Source of the DNA: Negativicutes bacterium
GTDB taxonomy: Bacteria; Bacillota; Negativicutes; UBA1444
DNA length: 64,000 bases
Direction of reading: 5' to 3'
NCBI GenBank assembly: GCA_963665275.2
Contig: CAXXIN010000013.1
Location: forward strand, 256,001-320,000
The notes under the pieces were generated by a model. That model saw only the letters and a list, made by a program, of their open reading frames with translations. It was not told the origin of the DNA and ran no database searches. Below are positions 51,033 through 60,488 of this stretch, piece by piece. Numbering within the stretch: the first letter of the stretch is position 1; every line of letters starts with the position of its first letter. The position numbers were made by a program, and so were the translations under genes.

Positions 51033-52445
51033 CTATCCGACAACTTCGATATTCAGTTTACGGGCGACCTGCAGCGCTTCTTCCAGAGACGGCGATGCAC
51101 TGCGCAGCGCCAACCGGGCTCCACCACGGTTGAAGCTCTCCACCATCGAATTTTGTTCTTTGGCGTACACGGTGATGCGCTGCAGTTGTGATTCATCCAC
51201 TTCCAGCATCTCGACGCTCACACCGGCGGCTTTCACCTTGTCCATAATTTCCCGGTACAACTGGGCATTGTCGGTAGATGCGCCATATACCGCAGCCATC
51301 AGAATTCCCGGAACGTTGATCCCGCGTCTGGCAAAGAGTTCCGGGTACAATTCGATTTTCACGCCGGTGACTTCGCCTTTGGCCAGGAAGTGGGCAATGC
51401 GGGCGGCGTTGGTCGGTGAACCGACGGCCTGGCTGCTGCCGCCCACCACTGCATCGCCGAACGGCTTGATGATGGAGTTGGCCTTGGCAGACAGCGCTCT
51501 GGCTTCCTGCCGGGCTGACGACTTGGTTTCGCTGATGCGGGTCGCTTCACGATCCTTGACATCGGGCGGAACGTATTCCTCCACTCCGGTATGCGTCTTG
51601 AAAAACGGCTCCATATAATGAATGACGACCGGCACGATGTATTTGGCCGAAACCGGATGCACCGCCGCTGCCATGGCAATCATTACATCAGGCGGAACGG
51701 TTACAGGGATGGAAGTCTTGACCGCCAGATTGGCCGACTGGCAACCGATGGTCACACCGCCGCCGAGGTGGGTCGAGCATAACCCCGACACCATGACTCT
51801 TGGCGTGCAGGGATTACCGATCGTGGGTGACAAGGCCAGGACTATGGCTTTGCCGACCTGCTCCGGAGTGCCGCCAAGCATTTCGGCGACAACAGCCGCC
51901 GTAGCCGCCGCTCCTGCTCCGAAGCCTTCCATGTTGCAGCCGGTGGTCGTCTTGCCCACCCGGAAGATCGTACCGATTTTCAGCATTGATGCAACCAGCC
52001 GCGCCAGTTGTTCCTTGTCTTCGACCGTTTCTGTCAGTGCGCGCGTAAGACCGGTGAACGTGCAGGCATCGCCTGTCCCGGCGCACGGCTGCAGACCGAC
52101 CGAATGGTTGCCGACCTGAGCGGCTAAGGTATAACGAAGAACTTTATCGACGAAAGGATCGCCGGAAAGCGTGATTCCGCTGGCCAGTTCCCGGCCGAGC
52201 TGCCCCATGAGGAAGCTGGCGCCGGAACTAAGTCCGATATCCAAAGCGTATAGGTTGTGACAGAATGAGTCCATCACCGCCGAGGTGACTTCTTCCCGGC
52301 TCATTTTATTGGCGATCATCGCTTCCGCAATCGCAGTTTCACCAAAAGACCATCCCATGTCGGTTGCAACATCGATGCATTCGCCTACCGTCAGGGCTCC
52401 GATCTCGTAGCCGCGTTCTTCCGCCAGTTTGATAAATTTATCCAT
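51033..52445 (-). CDS. hmd: 2-(hydroxymethyl)glutarate dehydratase (Fe-S serine dehydratase-like, alpha-beta fusion)
   Basis: QPCAGTG, TGCNMEG, GNPCTP...GLC (alpha-like) then AVVGGSSQ...AARIA (beta-like); follows hgd. Confidence 0.8.
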   Translation of the reverse strand: MDKFIKLAEERGYEIGALTVGECIDVATDMGWSFGETAIAEAMIANKMSREEVTSAVMDSFCHNLYALDIGLSSGASFLMGQLGRELASGITLSGDPFVDKVLRYTLAAQVGNHSVGLQPCAGTGDACTFTGLTRALTETVEDKEQLARLVASMLKIGTIFRVGKTTTGCNMEGFGAGAAATAAVVAEMLGGTPEQVGKAIVLALSPTIGNPCTPRVMVSGLCSTHLGGGVTIGCQSANLAVKTSIPVTVPPDVMIAMAAAVHPVSAKYIVPVVIHYMEPFFKTHTGVEEYVPPDVKDREATRISETKSSARQEARALSAKANSIIKPFGDAVVGGSSQAVGSPTNAARIAHFLAKGEVTGVKIELYPELFARRGINVPGILMAAVYGASTDNAQLYREIMDKVKAAGVSVEMLEVDESQLQRITVYAKEQNSMVESFNRGGARLALRSASPSLEEALQVARKLNIEVVG

Positions 52446-52481
52446 TGGTTTTCCCTCTCCCCCTGTTCGATTGGTTCTCCC

Positions 52482-53372
52482 CTACTCGCGGACTTTCACC
52501 CCTGCCAGCTCTTCCTGCATCGCCACGACGACCGAAATATCCTTACGGCCCAGGCCTTTGGCGCGCGCGGTTTCAAATACCTGCTCCGCCACATTGGTCA
52601 GCATCAGCGGCACACCCAGTTCTTTGCCTGTCTGGGTCGCCATTTCGAGATCCTTGTATTGAAGGTCCACCGCAAATCCCGGTTCGAAATTGCCTTTCAG
52701 CACGAAACTGGGCATCTTGGCCTCCAGCGCATAGCTTCGGCCGGAACTGACCGAAATCACATCAAACAGCACTTTGGGGTCAATTCCCGCCTTCACGCCG
52801 AGGGTCATGGCTTCCGCCACCGCCGCCATGTTGACGCCAAGCAGCAGGTTATTCACCAATTTCACGGCATCTCCGGCGCCGACCGGACCCACATGATAGA
52901 TTTTTTTACCGAGCACTTCCAGGATCGGCTTGCATTTTTCCAGTGTCGTCGCTTCCGCACCGACCATGATGGTCAGACTGCCTGCGGTAGCCCCGGCGAC
53001 ACCGCCGCTGACCGGCGCATCCATATACTCTACGCCGAACTTGGCTGCAGCAGCCGCGGTCTTGCGGGTGTGCTGCGGGGTAACGCTCGACATGTCGATG
53101 ATGGCCATGCCGGGCCGGCTACCTGCCAGCAGACCGGTTTCGCCGCAGACAACCGCTTCCACGATTGCTGCGTTCGGCAGCATTGTGATCACCACATCGC
53201 AGACTGCGGCCAGGTCCTTGGGGGTAGAGGCCTGCGTCGCACCCTTGGCCGTCATTTCGGCAACGGCGGCTGCCGCTACGTCATTGACGGCAACCGGGTA
53301 TCCGGCAGTCAGTAGGTTGGCCGCCATGGGTTTCCCCATGGCGCCAAGTCCGATAAATCCAATACGCAACAT
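52482..53372 (-). CDS. hgd: 2-(hydroxymethyl)glutarate dehydrogenase (beta-hydroxyacid dehydrogenase family)
   Basis: GFIGLGAMG, DAPVSGG, GSLTIMVG, VKLVNN, KDL. Confidence 0.85.
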   Translation of the reverse strand: MLRIGFIGLGAMGKPMAANLLTAGYPVAVNDVAAAAVAEMTAKGATQASTPKDLAAVCDVVITMLPNAAIVEAVVCGETGLLAGSRPGMAIIDMSSVTPQHTRKTAAAAAKFGVEYMDAPVSGGVAGATAGSLTIMVGAEATTLEKCKPILEVLGKKIYHVGPVGAGDAVKLVNNLLLGVNMAAVAEAMTLGVKAGIDPKVLFDVISVSSGRSYALEAKMPSFVLKGNFEPGFAVDLQYKDLEMATQTGKELGVPLMLTNVAEQVFETARAKGLGRKDISVVVAMQEELAGVKVRE

Positions 53373-53381
53373 AGTATCCTC

Positions 53382-53960
53382 CTACCGCAATCCGTCTTCG
53401 CCTTTGGCCTCTTCCATAGTCAATCCACCGATACGCGGCAGAGGACGTCCGGAATCAGTCACGGCGACGATCAACACGACTTCGTTGTCTCGGGGAGCAT
53501 CGGCGATTCTCACTTCCATGGAATCAAAATGGGTCCGCACATAGGCGGCGTTTTTATATCCGAGGGGTACATCGAGCGCCGTTCCAGGTCCGCCGACCTT
53601 GTTGGAGGAAGGCAACAGCGCCTTGCCGCCGCCGACGTTGGCGCGAATCGGGGTGCCAAGCTTGGGATGCATCATGGCCGCAGCATGTTCAATCTCGCCA
53701 TTAATGCCCACAATAGCAGCCTTGCCGTAGCTTTCCACTTTCTCCGGCGCGATTCCCAGCGCTTCCACTGCGCGTTTTGTCAGCAATTCGCCAAGCTCCA
53801 CGCTTGCGTCGATGAGCGGCGTCAAATCTTCCACATATTTCCCTGCGAACGGATTGGTGATTACAGCCATTGCCGCTGCTTTCCGGGTCGGATTGGCCAG
53901 TTGGCGGCCTGCCTCCTGCCGGGTTTCTTCCACAACTGTTACTATTTTACGAATTTCCAT
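53382..53960 (-). CDS. DUF1185 / 'amino acid synthesis' family protein
   Basis: IRKIVT.VEE, NPFAG, ESYGKAAIVG..GEIEH, YVRTHFD, DAPR..E, GRPLPR. Confidence 0.85.
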   Translation of the reverse strand: MEIRKIVTVVEETRQEAGRQLANPTRKAAAMAVITNPFAGKYVEDLTPLIDASVELGELLTKRAVEALGIAPEKVESYGKAAIVGINGEIEHAAAMMHPKLGTPIRANVGGGKALLPSSNKVGGPGTALDVPLGYKNAAYVRTHFDSMEVRIADAPRDNEVVLIVAVTDSGRPLPRIGGLTMEEAKGEDGLR

Positions 53961-53984
53961 GATAAGCCCTCCTCTAAATTTTTA

Positions 53985-54818
53985 TTATGGCAAGGGAGTT
54001 ACCAGCCCTTCCGGCAGCATCACTCCCGCTTGTCCGATGAAGAGTACGCAGCCTCTGATAAGGCCCTTATCCTGCAACATTTTCGCATGTCGCCACCCAT
54101 TTTCGAGCGCCGCTTGAATTGTTTCCGGCGGCAATTCACCCACATCCCGCACGACCCAGTGTCCGGCCAGATCAGTCAGAGGATCAAGCTCTTCCGCCCT
54201 TGCCATGCGAATGGATGGGTGAAGGGAGAAAGTGGCATTCCCGATGCTGGTGGCGCAGGCGTCGGCAATCGAGGCGGTTTGCGCTACTACTGTCGCCGCA
54301 GTGGCAATTCCTTTGGTGAAGCTGCGCCCACCCGACCCGCTGGTTGTCACCCCGCCGATCCCATCGGCGGAGGTGATGCGAAGCACGTGTGTCGGCGGCA
54401 TCCCCAGAGTCGGTGCGATTCCTACGGTGGCAAGCTGGTCTCCCGACAGCCGTATGGCAATATCCCCGCCGTTGTTGACGATGATTTTGGCAATGCCTCT
54501 GGCAAATAGCCAGTCCGCCGTCATATCCGACACGGTCCCGGCCACCGCCGCCATCGGCGTGAGGTCTGTATCGCCCGAATTCCTGACCGCTTCGATCATC
54601 TTCTGCAAGATGACAGGGTAAGTGTCCACCGATCCGATCTCACTTTGCGGCAGCGCCGCAATCTTTTTGAATTCGGCCAGTTCGGTTACCAGCCGGGCAG
54701 CGAACATTGCCGCTTCCGTGGCGATAGCAGTATTGGCATTCTCGCCGGACACATGTATATTCATCTGGGTGGGGCCAAAATCAAGCGCCACCTTGCCCGG
54801 CCCCAATTCCCTGATCAT
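53985..54818 (-). CDS. ApbE-like / UPF0280 flavin transferase (no signal peptide)
   Basis: TPMAAVAG, VNNGGDIA, GVTTSG.GGRS, ADACATSIGN. Confidence 0.82.
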   Translation of the reverse strand: MIRELGPGKVALDFGPTQMNIHVSGENANTAIATEAAMFAARLVTELAEFKKIAALPQSEIGSVDTYPVILQKMIEAVRNSGDTDLTPMAAVAGTVSDMTADWLFARGIAKIIVNNGGDIAIRLSGDQLATVGIAPTLGMPPTHVLRITSADGIGGVTTSGSGGRSFTKGIATAATVVAQTASIADACATSIGNATFSLHPSIRMARAEELDPLTDLAGHWVVRDVGELPPETIQAALENGWRHAKMLQDKGLIRGCVLFIGQAGVMLPEGLVTPLP

Positions 54819-54821
54819 GAG

Positions 54822-56324
54822 TTACTCGCCTTTCTTTAACGTCGAAAGGGGTTTGATGGATTCGATGTGGCCGCCAATTTCTTCATATTTCTGACGGGTC
54901 ATTGTATATTCCACCGGCGCCACCGTCGCGGGCGTCGGCACCCAAGTAAAGGCTTTGGGAGCTACTTTTTCAACATCCACCAGGAAGTTGATTCCTCCGC
55001 CAGGGAGAATATAGGTCTGCGCGCCGCCAATCGTCAGCTTCGCCTCGCCTGCATGCACTGCTCGTGAAAGCTTGATCGGATAGGTCGTCACACCGGCCCT
55101 GGCGCTGCCTCCGGTCCCGCCGACATAGACGGCCGAAACCCGAGCTTCCTCGCAATTATCAGAGATTAAATCGACAGCGGCCTGCACTTCTTTGGTCATC
55201 GGCAATTCAACGACACTGCCGTCAGCCTGCACTTCCAGCAACGCGCCTTTTTGGCCGGTGGTTTCGGTAACCAGAATTTTCATGCCCGCTTTGGCGATTT
55301 GCATATCCACCGACTTGACGGCATCCAGCGGCTGTTCGATATGCGTGCCGCCCCAGCCATGCCCGTGTTCGCCAAAATAGCGCCCACGCGTACTTTTTCT
55401 GCCGTTGGGCACGACGCCGCTCCAAGTCATCCCGACTTCTTCCCCTGCTCGATGTTCGGACAAGAGTCCGATGACATGGTGATCGAGCACGATGGCTTCA
55501 TCTACAACTTGGCACATGGTTCGTGCGAACATTCCAACGGTCGCGCTACCACAGCCGACGCGCATTTTCTTTTCCGCCACCCCGTCGATAAGGGGCGCAT
55601 AGCCAACCTGCAGTTCCAACTTGCTGCCTTTTTCGACTTGCAGCGTTACCCGCTCCTCGTTCGCCAGCTCGACAATGGTTCGCGCAGCGGCAAATCCGTT
55701 CTTGCCGCTCAGAATATTGGCGCCACCGATGTAGATCATCTTCGATCCATATTCTTCGGTGTCCACCATGCCGACCAGTGCGCCGTCGCGGAATATCTTC
55801 GCGCCTTCTTCGCCGATATGATGATTGGCGTCGATCTTGACTTTGATACCGCTGTAACTAAGCGGCGCTTCGGTTACGACAGTCACCACATCGATGCCGT
55901 CGATGGTTTCGCCGACGATATGCGGGGCCGGACGGCAACAGGGATATGCCGTCCCGGCGCCGACAGCAGTGATCAGCGGCGTATCCGGAATCGTTCGGTC
56001 CGGAGCCGTAGCCCGGGTGTTCTCCAGTACAAGTTCCCGGTTGCGCACCAATTTGCCGTTGATATTGCTATACCGCTTGCATGCGCCCTCGAATCCGGCT
56101 TTGATTTCACACTGGACCGGGCATGAACGGCAGGAAACCGCCCCGGCGGCGACTTCCGGCTCGCGGGAGATCGCCTGGAATGGGCATACCCTGACGCAAA
56201 CGCCGCAACTGACGCAATTCGCCTGCACCACGGCCAGTTTGTCAATCACTTTGATGGCGCCGGCCGGGCAGCTTTTCACGCACAGAGTACAGGCTTTACA
56301 TGATTCTTTTTTGACAACGATCAT
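54822..56324 (-). CDS. hnr: 6-hydroxynicotinate reductase (Fe-S flavoprotein)
   Basis: Two ferredoxin CxxCxxCxxxCP motifs, CRSCPVQC...C, YPCCRPAP, TEEYGSKM, MRVGCGSAT, GGSARAGVT. Confidence 0.88.
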   Translation of the reverse strand: MIVVKKESCKACTLCVKSCPAGAIKVIDKLAVVQANCVSCGVCVRVCPFQAISREPEVAAGAVSCRSCPVQCEIKAGFEGACKRYSNINGKLVRNRELVLENTRATAPDRTIPDTPLITAVGAGTAYPCCRPAPHIVGETIDGIDVVTVVTEAPLSYSGIKVKIDANHHIGEEGAKIFRDGALVGMVDTEEYGSKMIYIGGANILSGKNGFAAARTIVELANEERVTLQVEKGSKLELQVGYAPLIDGVAEKKMRVGCGSATVGMFARTMCQVVDEAIVLDHHVIGLLSEHRAGEEVGMTWSGVVPNGRKSTRGRYFGEHGHGWGGTHIEQPLDAVKSVDMQIAKAGMKILVTETTGQKGALLEVQADGSVVELPMTKEVQAAVDLISDNCEEARVSAVYVGGTGGSARAGVTTYPIKLSRAVHAGEAKLTIGGAQTYILPGGGINFLVDVEKVAPKAFTWVPTPATVAPVEYTMTRQKYEEIGGHIESIKPLSTLKKGE

Positions 56325-56346
56325 AGATTCTTAACCTCCCGCTCGC

Positions 56347-57519
56347 CTAAGCGATCGTAACTTTTCCCACTGCAGGCGGAGTGTTGCGGCTCTTGTTCAC
56401 CTTGACCACTCCATCGACAAGCACCAACGCGACACCAGGGATGTCGCCGGCCTCGATCGCTTCGAGCGCGTTCTTGCCGACCGAACCCATTGGCGTATCC
56501 ATGATGACAATATCCGCCTCTTTACCCGGAGCGATCACACCCGTATTCAGACCATATACGCGAGCCGTGTTTCCAGTCGCCATGGCCACCGCCACCGCCG
56601 CCGGAACCTCCGACATGCTGGCAATCTGGCAGATATTCCGCAGAATTCCGAGGGGAATCACGCCGGTGCCCGAAGGTGCATCATTACCGAAAATAAGCCG
56701 GCTCAATTGTTTTTTGGCAGTTGCCTGACGGGCCACATAATCAGCCACTTTCGGATTCCCGCATTGTACGATCTCCAGTGCGATCTGCGTCTCATCTATC
56801 AGCCGGTCGACTTCCTTCAGGGAAACCGCCGTCGGTCCGCCGTTGATATGGGATACCACGTCCGGGTCGGTTTTGATCACGTCGTCCGCCGAAACGGTCG
56901 AGCTGCCCGGAATCGAAGTTCCGCCTGTATGCATCATGACTTTCATGTTGTGTTTTTTCGCCCAGGCTACCATCGGCGCCGCATCTTCTGGTTTTTTAAT
57001 GGATCCGAGACCCACTTCCCCGACGACTGTGACTCCAGCTGCCGCCATTTCGGCAAAATCAGCTTCGGTCAGGCCTTTTTCCAAAATGACCGAACCGGCA
57101 TGAACTTTCACTCCGCCCGGTTTCAAAAGCGCAAACGATTTGTGCGCCAAGATGGCCAACGCCTTCACCCCTGCCGGATCTGTCGGGCGACCCGGCGTAT
57201 GGCATTCACCGGCGGAAATCATGGAAGTGACACCACCATGAATGGAACTGTCAATGAAATCCGACATTTTTTGACGCGGCGTGTAGTCGCCGATCACCGG
57301 ATGAACGTGTGAATCAATCAGACCGGGGGTCACTGTCATGCCGCCCGCATCAATGGTTTTAAATTCTACCGAATCCTTTTTGAGAGAATCCACTAACGCC
57401 ATAGTGCCGACTGCGTCAATCTTACCGTCTTTTATGACGATAACGTCCCCTGCGATGATGGGTTGTTCCACCAGCCCTGAAACGATAGTTCCGATGTTTG
57501 TGATAACTGTTACTGCCAT
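56347..57519 (-). CDS. ena: Enamidase (amidohydrolase superfamily)
   Basis: PGLIDSHVH, ISAGE.H.PGRP, MHTGGTSIPGS, SHINGGPTA, GNDAPSGTGV. Confidence 0.88.
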   Translation of the reverse strand: MAVTVITNIGTIVSGLVEQPIIAGDVIVIKDGKIDAVGTMALVDSLKKDSVEFKTIDAGGMTVTPGLIDSHVHPVIGDYTPRQKMSDFIDSSIHGGVTSMISAGECHTPGRPTDPAGVKALAILAHKSFALLKPGGVKVHAGSVILEKGLTEADFAEMAAAGVTVVGEVGLGSIKKPEDAAPMVAWAKKHNMKVMMHTGGTSIPGSSTVSADDVIKTDPDVVSHINGGPTAVSLKEVDRLIDETQIALEIVQCGNPKVADYVARQATAKKQLSRLIFGNDAPSGTGVIPLGILRNICQIASMSEVPAAVAVAMATGNTARVYGLNTGVIAPGKEADIVIMDTPMGSVGKNALEAIEAGDIPGVALVLVDGVVKVNKSRNTPPAVGKVTIA

Positions 57520-57543
57520 ACTGATCCACTCTCCATTCTCACT

Positions 57544-58539
57544 TTAGTTTTTTGCCGCAGCAGAATCCTTATTGGCAAGCGCTTGCAGCACTCGCTCCGG
57601 CGTAATCGGCAGGGAATAGATCCTCACGCCGATCGCGTCATACACAGCGTTGGCGATGGCCGCCGCCGTAGGTATCAAAGCGGGCTCGCCGACTCCTTTT
57701 GCGCCAAAAGGCCCGGTGGGCTCAGGGTCCTCAACAATGAACGAATATATTTCAGGCGTATCAAGAGACATGGGCAACAGATAACCATCGAAATTCGGAT
57801 TGGAAATCCGGCCCTTGGACACGTTGATTTCTTCGAGCAAAGCATACCCGCTGCCCATGACTGCACCGCCCTCGATCTGCGCTTCAACCAATTTGGGATT
57901 GATAGCCCTGCCGACATCATGGGAAGCCACGATTCGCAGCACTTCGACCTTGCCTGTTTCCGTATCCACTTCCACTTCCGCCACCTGGGTGGCAAAAGCG
58001 TACGTTCCATAGGGAGATCCCTCGCCAGTAGAGGCATCCAATCCGGTTGTCGCCGGATTGAACCAGCCGTGTCCGAGCGTGAGCTTGCCCTTCATACGGC
58101 AACTCCCGAGTACTTCCTTCACCGTCATGGTCCCTGGTTTGTCGTCGACCACCACCACGCCATCGGCAAAATCAACTTCCCCGTTGGTTTTCAGCATTTC
58201 CCTGGCCTCGGCAATCGCTACCTGCTTGGCTTCTTTTGCTGCCAGGCGAGCCGCGTTGCCTGAAATGTAAGTCTGTCGGCTGGCGCTGGTCGCACCGCCT
58301 TCCGGCGTAATCATCGTGTCCGCCGAAGTGACCATCACATTCTCCGCTCCGATGCCCAGTTCTTCTGCCACAATCTGGGCGAGAACGGTATCAGACCCTT
58401 GTCCGATGTCGGCGCACCCAGCCAACAAATTGGCGGTCCCGTCATCCAGCCATTCCACGAAAGCCGCCGCCGGGTTCGGCAATCCGGTGTTGCCGACGCC
58501 ATACCACATGCAGCCGATTCCTGTGCCACGTTTCTTCAT
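57544..58539 (-). CDS. ndhM: Nicotinate dehydrogenase medium molybdopterin subunit
   Basis: MKKRG.G...MWYG.GNTGLPNPAAAFVE, DIGQGS, TSASRQT, QIEGG, GAKGVGEP. Confidence 0.88.
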   Translation of the reverse strand: MKKRGTGIGCMWYGVGNTGLPNPAAAFVEWLDDGTANLLAGCADIGQGSDTVLAQIVAEELGIGAENVMVTSADTMITPEGGATSASRQTYISGNAARLAAKEAKQVAIAEAREMLKTNGEVDFADGVVVVDDKPGTMTVKEVLGSCRMKGKLTLGHGWFNPATTGLDASTGEGSPYGTYAFATQVAEVEVDTETGKVEVLRIVASHDVGRAINPKLVEAQIEGGAVMGSGYALLEEINVSKGRISNPNFDGYLLPMSLDTPEIYSFIVEDPEPTGPFGAKGVGEPALIPTAAAIANAVYDAIGVRIYSLPITPERVLQALANKDSAAAKN

Positions 58540-59811
58540 TTACAATACCCCCGTGCGGAACATTTTTTGAGCTTCCGCGCACGCCTGTTCCAGCGTCATT
58601 CCAATCCCCACACTATGCTCCAGGACTTGGCCGGTCGCGGTTACGCTCCCCGGACGCAAAACATTCAGCCGCCGGATTTCCAATGGTGACATGCCCAATT
58701 CTTCGGCCAATATATTCATCTGCGTCTCATGTGCGAACGCCATCTGAGGCACGCCGAATCCGCGCATGGCTCCTGCCTGCGGATTGTTCGTATAGACGGC
58801 ATAGGCATCAACAAAGACATTTGGTACTTCATAGGGACCGGTCGCATGAACTGCCGCCCGGGTCAGCACCGCCGGCCCGTAGGATGCGTAAGCGCCGCTA
58901 TCGCCAACGATGTTCGCTTTCACCGCCAGCAATTTCCCCTCTGCGCTAACCCCGGTCTTATAATCAATCACATAGGGATGCCGCTTGGCTGAGGCGATCA
59001 TGGATTCTTCCCTTTGCCAGACCATCTTTACCGGACGGCCTGTCTTATAAGCCGCCAGCGCCAGGTAACATTGCACCGAAATATCCAGCTTGCCGCCGAA
59101 TCCGCCACCGGTTACCGCCTGCACAATCCGAACCTGGTTGACACCCAGCCCCAGAGTCCGCGCGACTTCTTTGCGGTCAAAGTGCACATTCTGGGTGGAA
59201 ACCCAAACCGTCACCATTTTTCCGTCATACTCGGCCAACCCGGCTTCCGGCTCTATGTAGGCATGCTCTGCGCATTGGGTGAAATATTGCCGTTCGACGA
59301 TGAACTTCGAAGCGGCGAATCCCGCCTCCACATCGCCTTTACGCAACTTGCGCAACGTCAGTATATTGGAGGACCCGTGGATTTTAACCGCACCGGCTGC
59401 CATGGCCGATTGGGTATCAAAATACGCCGGCAATTCCCGTAGCGTCACCTTCAGGTTTTTTCCCGCCGCGATCGCTATTTCTTCGGTTTCAGCCACGACC
59501 AGCGCCAACGCGTCGCCGTGACGCCGAACTTTTTCCCCTGCGAGTACCGGTTCGTCCTTTAAAATAATACCAACGCCATTGGGTCCCGGAATGTCTTTCG
59601 CGGTAAATACCGCCACTACCCCTGGAACTGCCGCCACTGCCGACACATCGATGTTTTCGATCACGGCATGCGCCAATCCGCTTTCATTACGAATCACCTT
59701 GCAGAACAGCATCCCCGGGCGCTTCATATCAGCGGCGAATAGCGCCTGCCCCGTCACTTTCGCGATCGCGTCATGCTTCAAAATCGAGCTGCCAACGCCG
59801 GTATGCGTCAT
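58540..59811 (-). CDS. ndhL: Nicotinate dehydrogenase large molybdopterin subunit
   Basis: AKVTGQA.FAAD, EHAYIEPE, GGGFGGKLD, GAYASYG, AMRGFGVPQ; ATGA overlap with ndhS. Confidence 0.88.
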   Translation of the reverse strand: MTHTGVGSSILKHDAIAKVTGQALFAADMKRPGMLFCKVIRNESGLAHAVIENIDVSAVAAVPGVVAVFTAKDIPGPNGVGIILKDEPVLAGEKVRRHGDALALVVAETEEIAIAAGKNLKVTLRELPAYFDTQSAMAAGAVKIHGSSNILTLRKLRKGDVEAGFAASKFIVERQYFTQCAEHAYIEPEAGLAEYDGKMVTVWVSTQNVHFDRKEVARTLGLGVNQVRIVQAVTGGGFGGKLDISVQCYLALAAYKTGRPVKMVWQREESMIASAKRHPYVIDYKTGVSAEGKLLAVKANIVGDSGAYASYGPAVLTRAAVHATGPYEVPNVFVDAYAVYTNNPQAGAMRGFGVPQMAFAHETQMNILAEELGMSPLEIRRLNVLRPGSVTATGQVLEHSVGIGMTLEQACAEAQKMFRTGVL

Positions 59812-60284
59812 ACGACTTCGCCTCCCTGCTTCGCGACAGCTTCCACAGCATCGACAATTTTGGAATAGCCGGTGCAACGGCAGGCGTTGCCGGAAATGGC
59901 CACCCGGATCTCTTCCCGCGACGGGGTCGGGTTTTTATCCAATAAAGCCTTCGCTGACAGCAGCATCCCCGGTGTGCAAAAACCGCATTGCACGGCGCCA
60001 TGATCTATAAAAGCCCGTTGCAGCACATGAAGTTTCTCTCCCTCAGACAAACCCTCAACCGTTAAAATGTCCGAACCGTCGATTGAAGCAGCCGGCACGA
60101 TGCACGATGCTACAGTCCGTCCATCCAGAATGACTGTGCAGGCGCCACATTCACCGATGCCACAGCCGCGTTTCGTGCCTGTCAAGCCGAGGTCGTCCCG
60201 CAGAAAATCCACCAACAGAAGCTCTGGCCGAACAGCGGTTTTAACTTCCTTCCCATTGATCATACAGGTTATTTCGACATTCAA
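59808..60284 (-). CDS. ndhS: Nicotinate dehydrogenase 2x[2Fe-2S] subunit
   Basis: GCGIGECGACTV, SC, QCGFCTPG, GNACRCTGY. Confidence 0.88.
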   Translation of the reverse strand: MNVEITCMINGKEVKTAVRPELLLVDFLRDDLGLTGTKRGCGIGECGACTVILDGRTVASCIVPAASIDGSDILTVEGLSEGEKLHVLQRAFIDHGAVQCGFCTPGMLLSAKALLDKNPTPSREEIRVAISGNACRCTGYSKIVDAVEAVAKQGGEVV

Positions 60285-60311
60285 TGCTCACACCCCCATT
60301 TTATATACCAA

Positions 60312-60328
60312 TGCAAGAGCCGTGCCAA
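60312..60328 (-). promoter_or_regulatory. Sigma-54 promoter of the nicotinate operon
   Basis: Minus strand TTGGCACGGCTCTTGCA, near-consensus. Confidence 0.9.
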
Positions 60329-60488
60329 AGTTCCGATTAAACAAAAGAAGCCCGCAAAATCAACTTGCCGGGCTCCATTGCCATTCTCATCGTTCTTTAA
60401 TTGCACGAATTCATTGCATTATTGAAACAGTCAGTTACTTTTCTGCGATCTACGTCATCCTTTTCATTGCAAAAAAGAAACGCGCATT

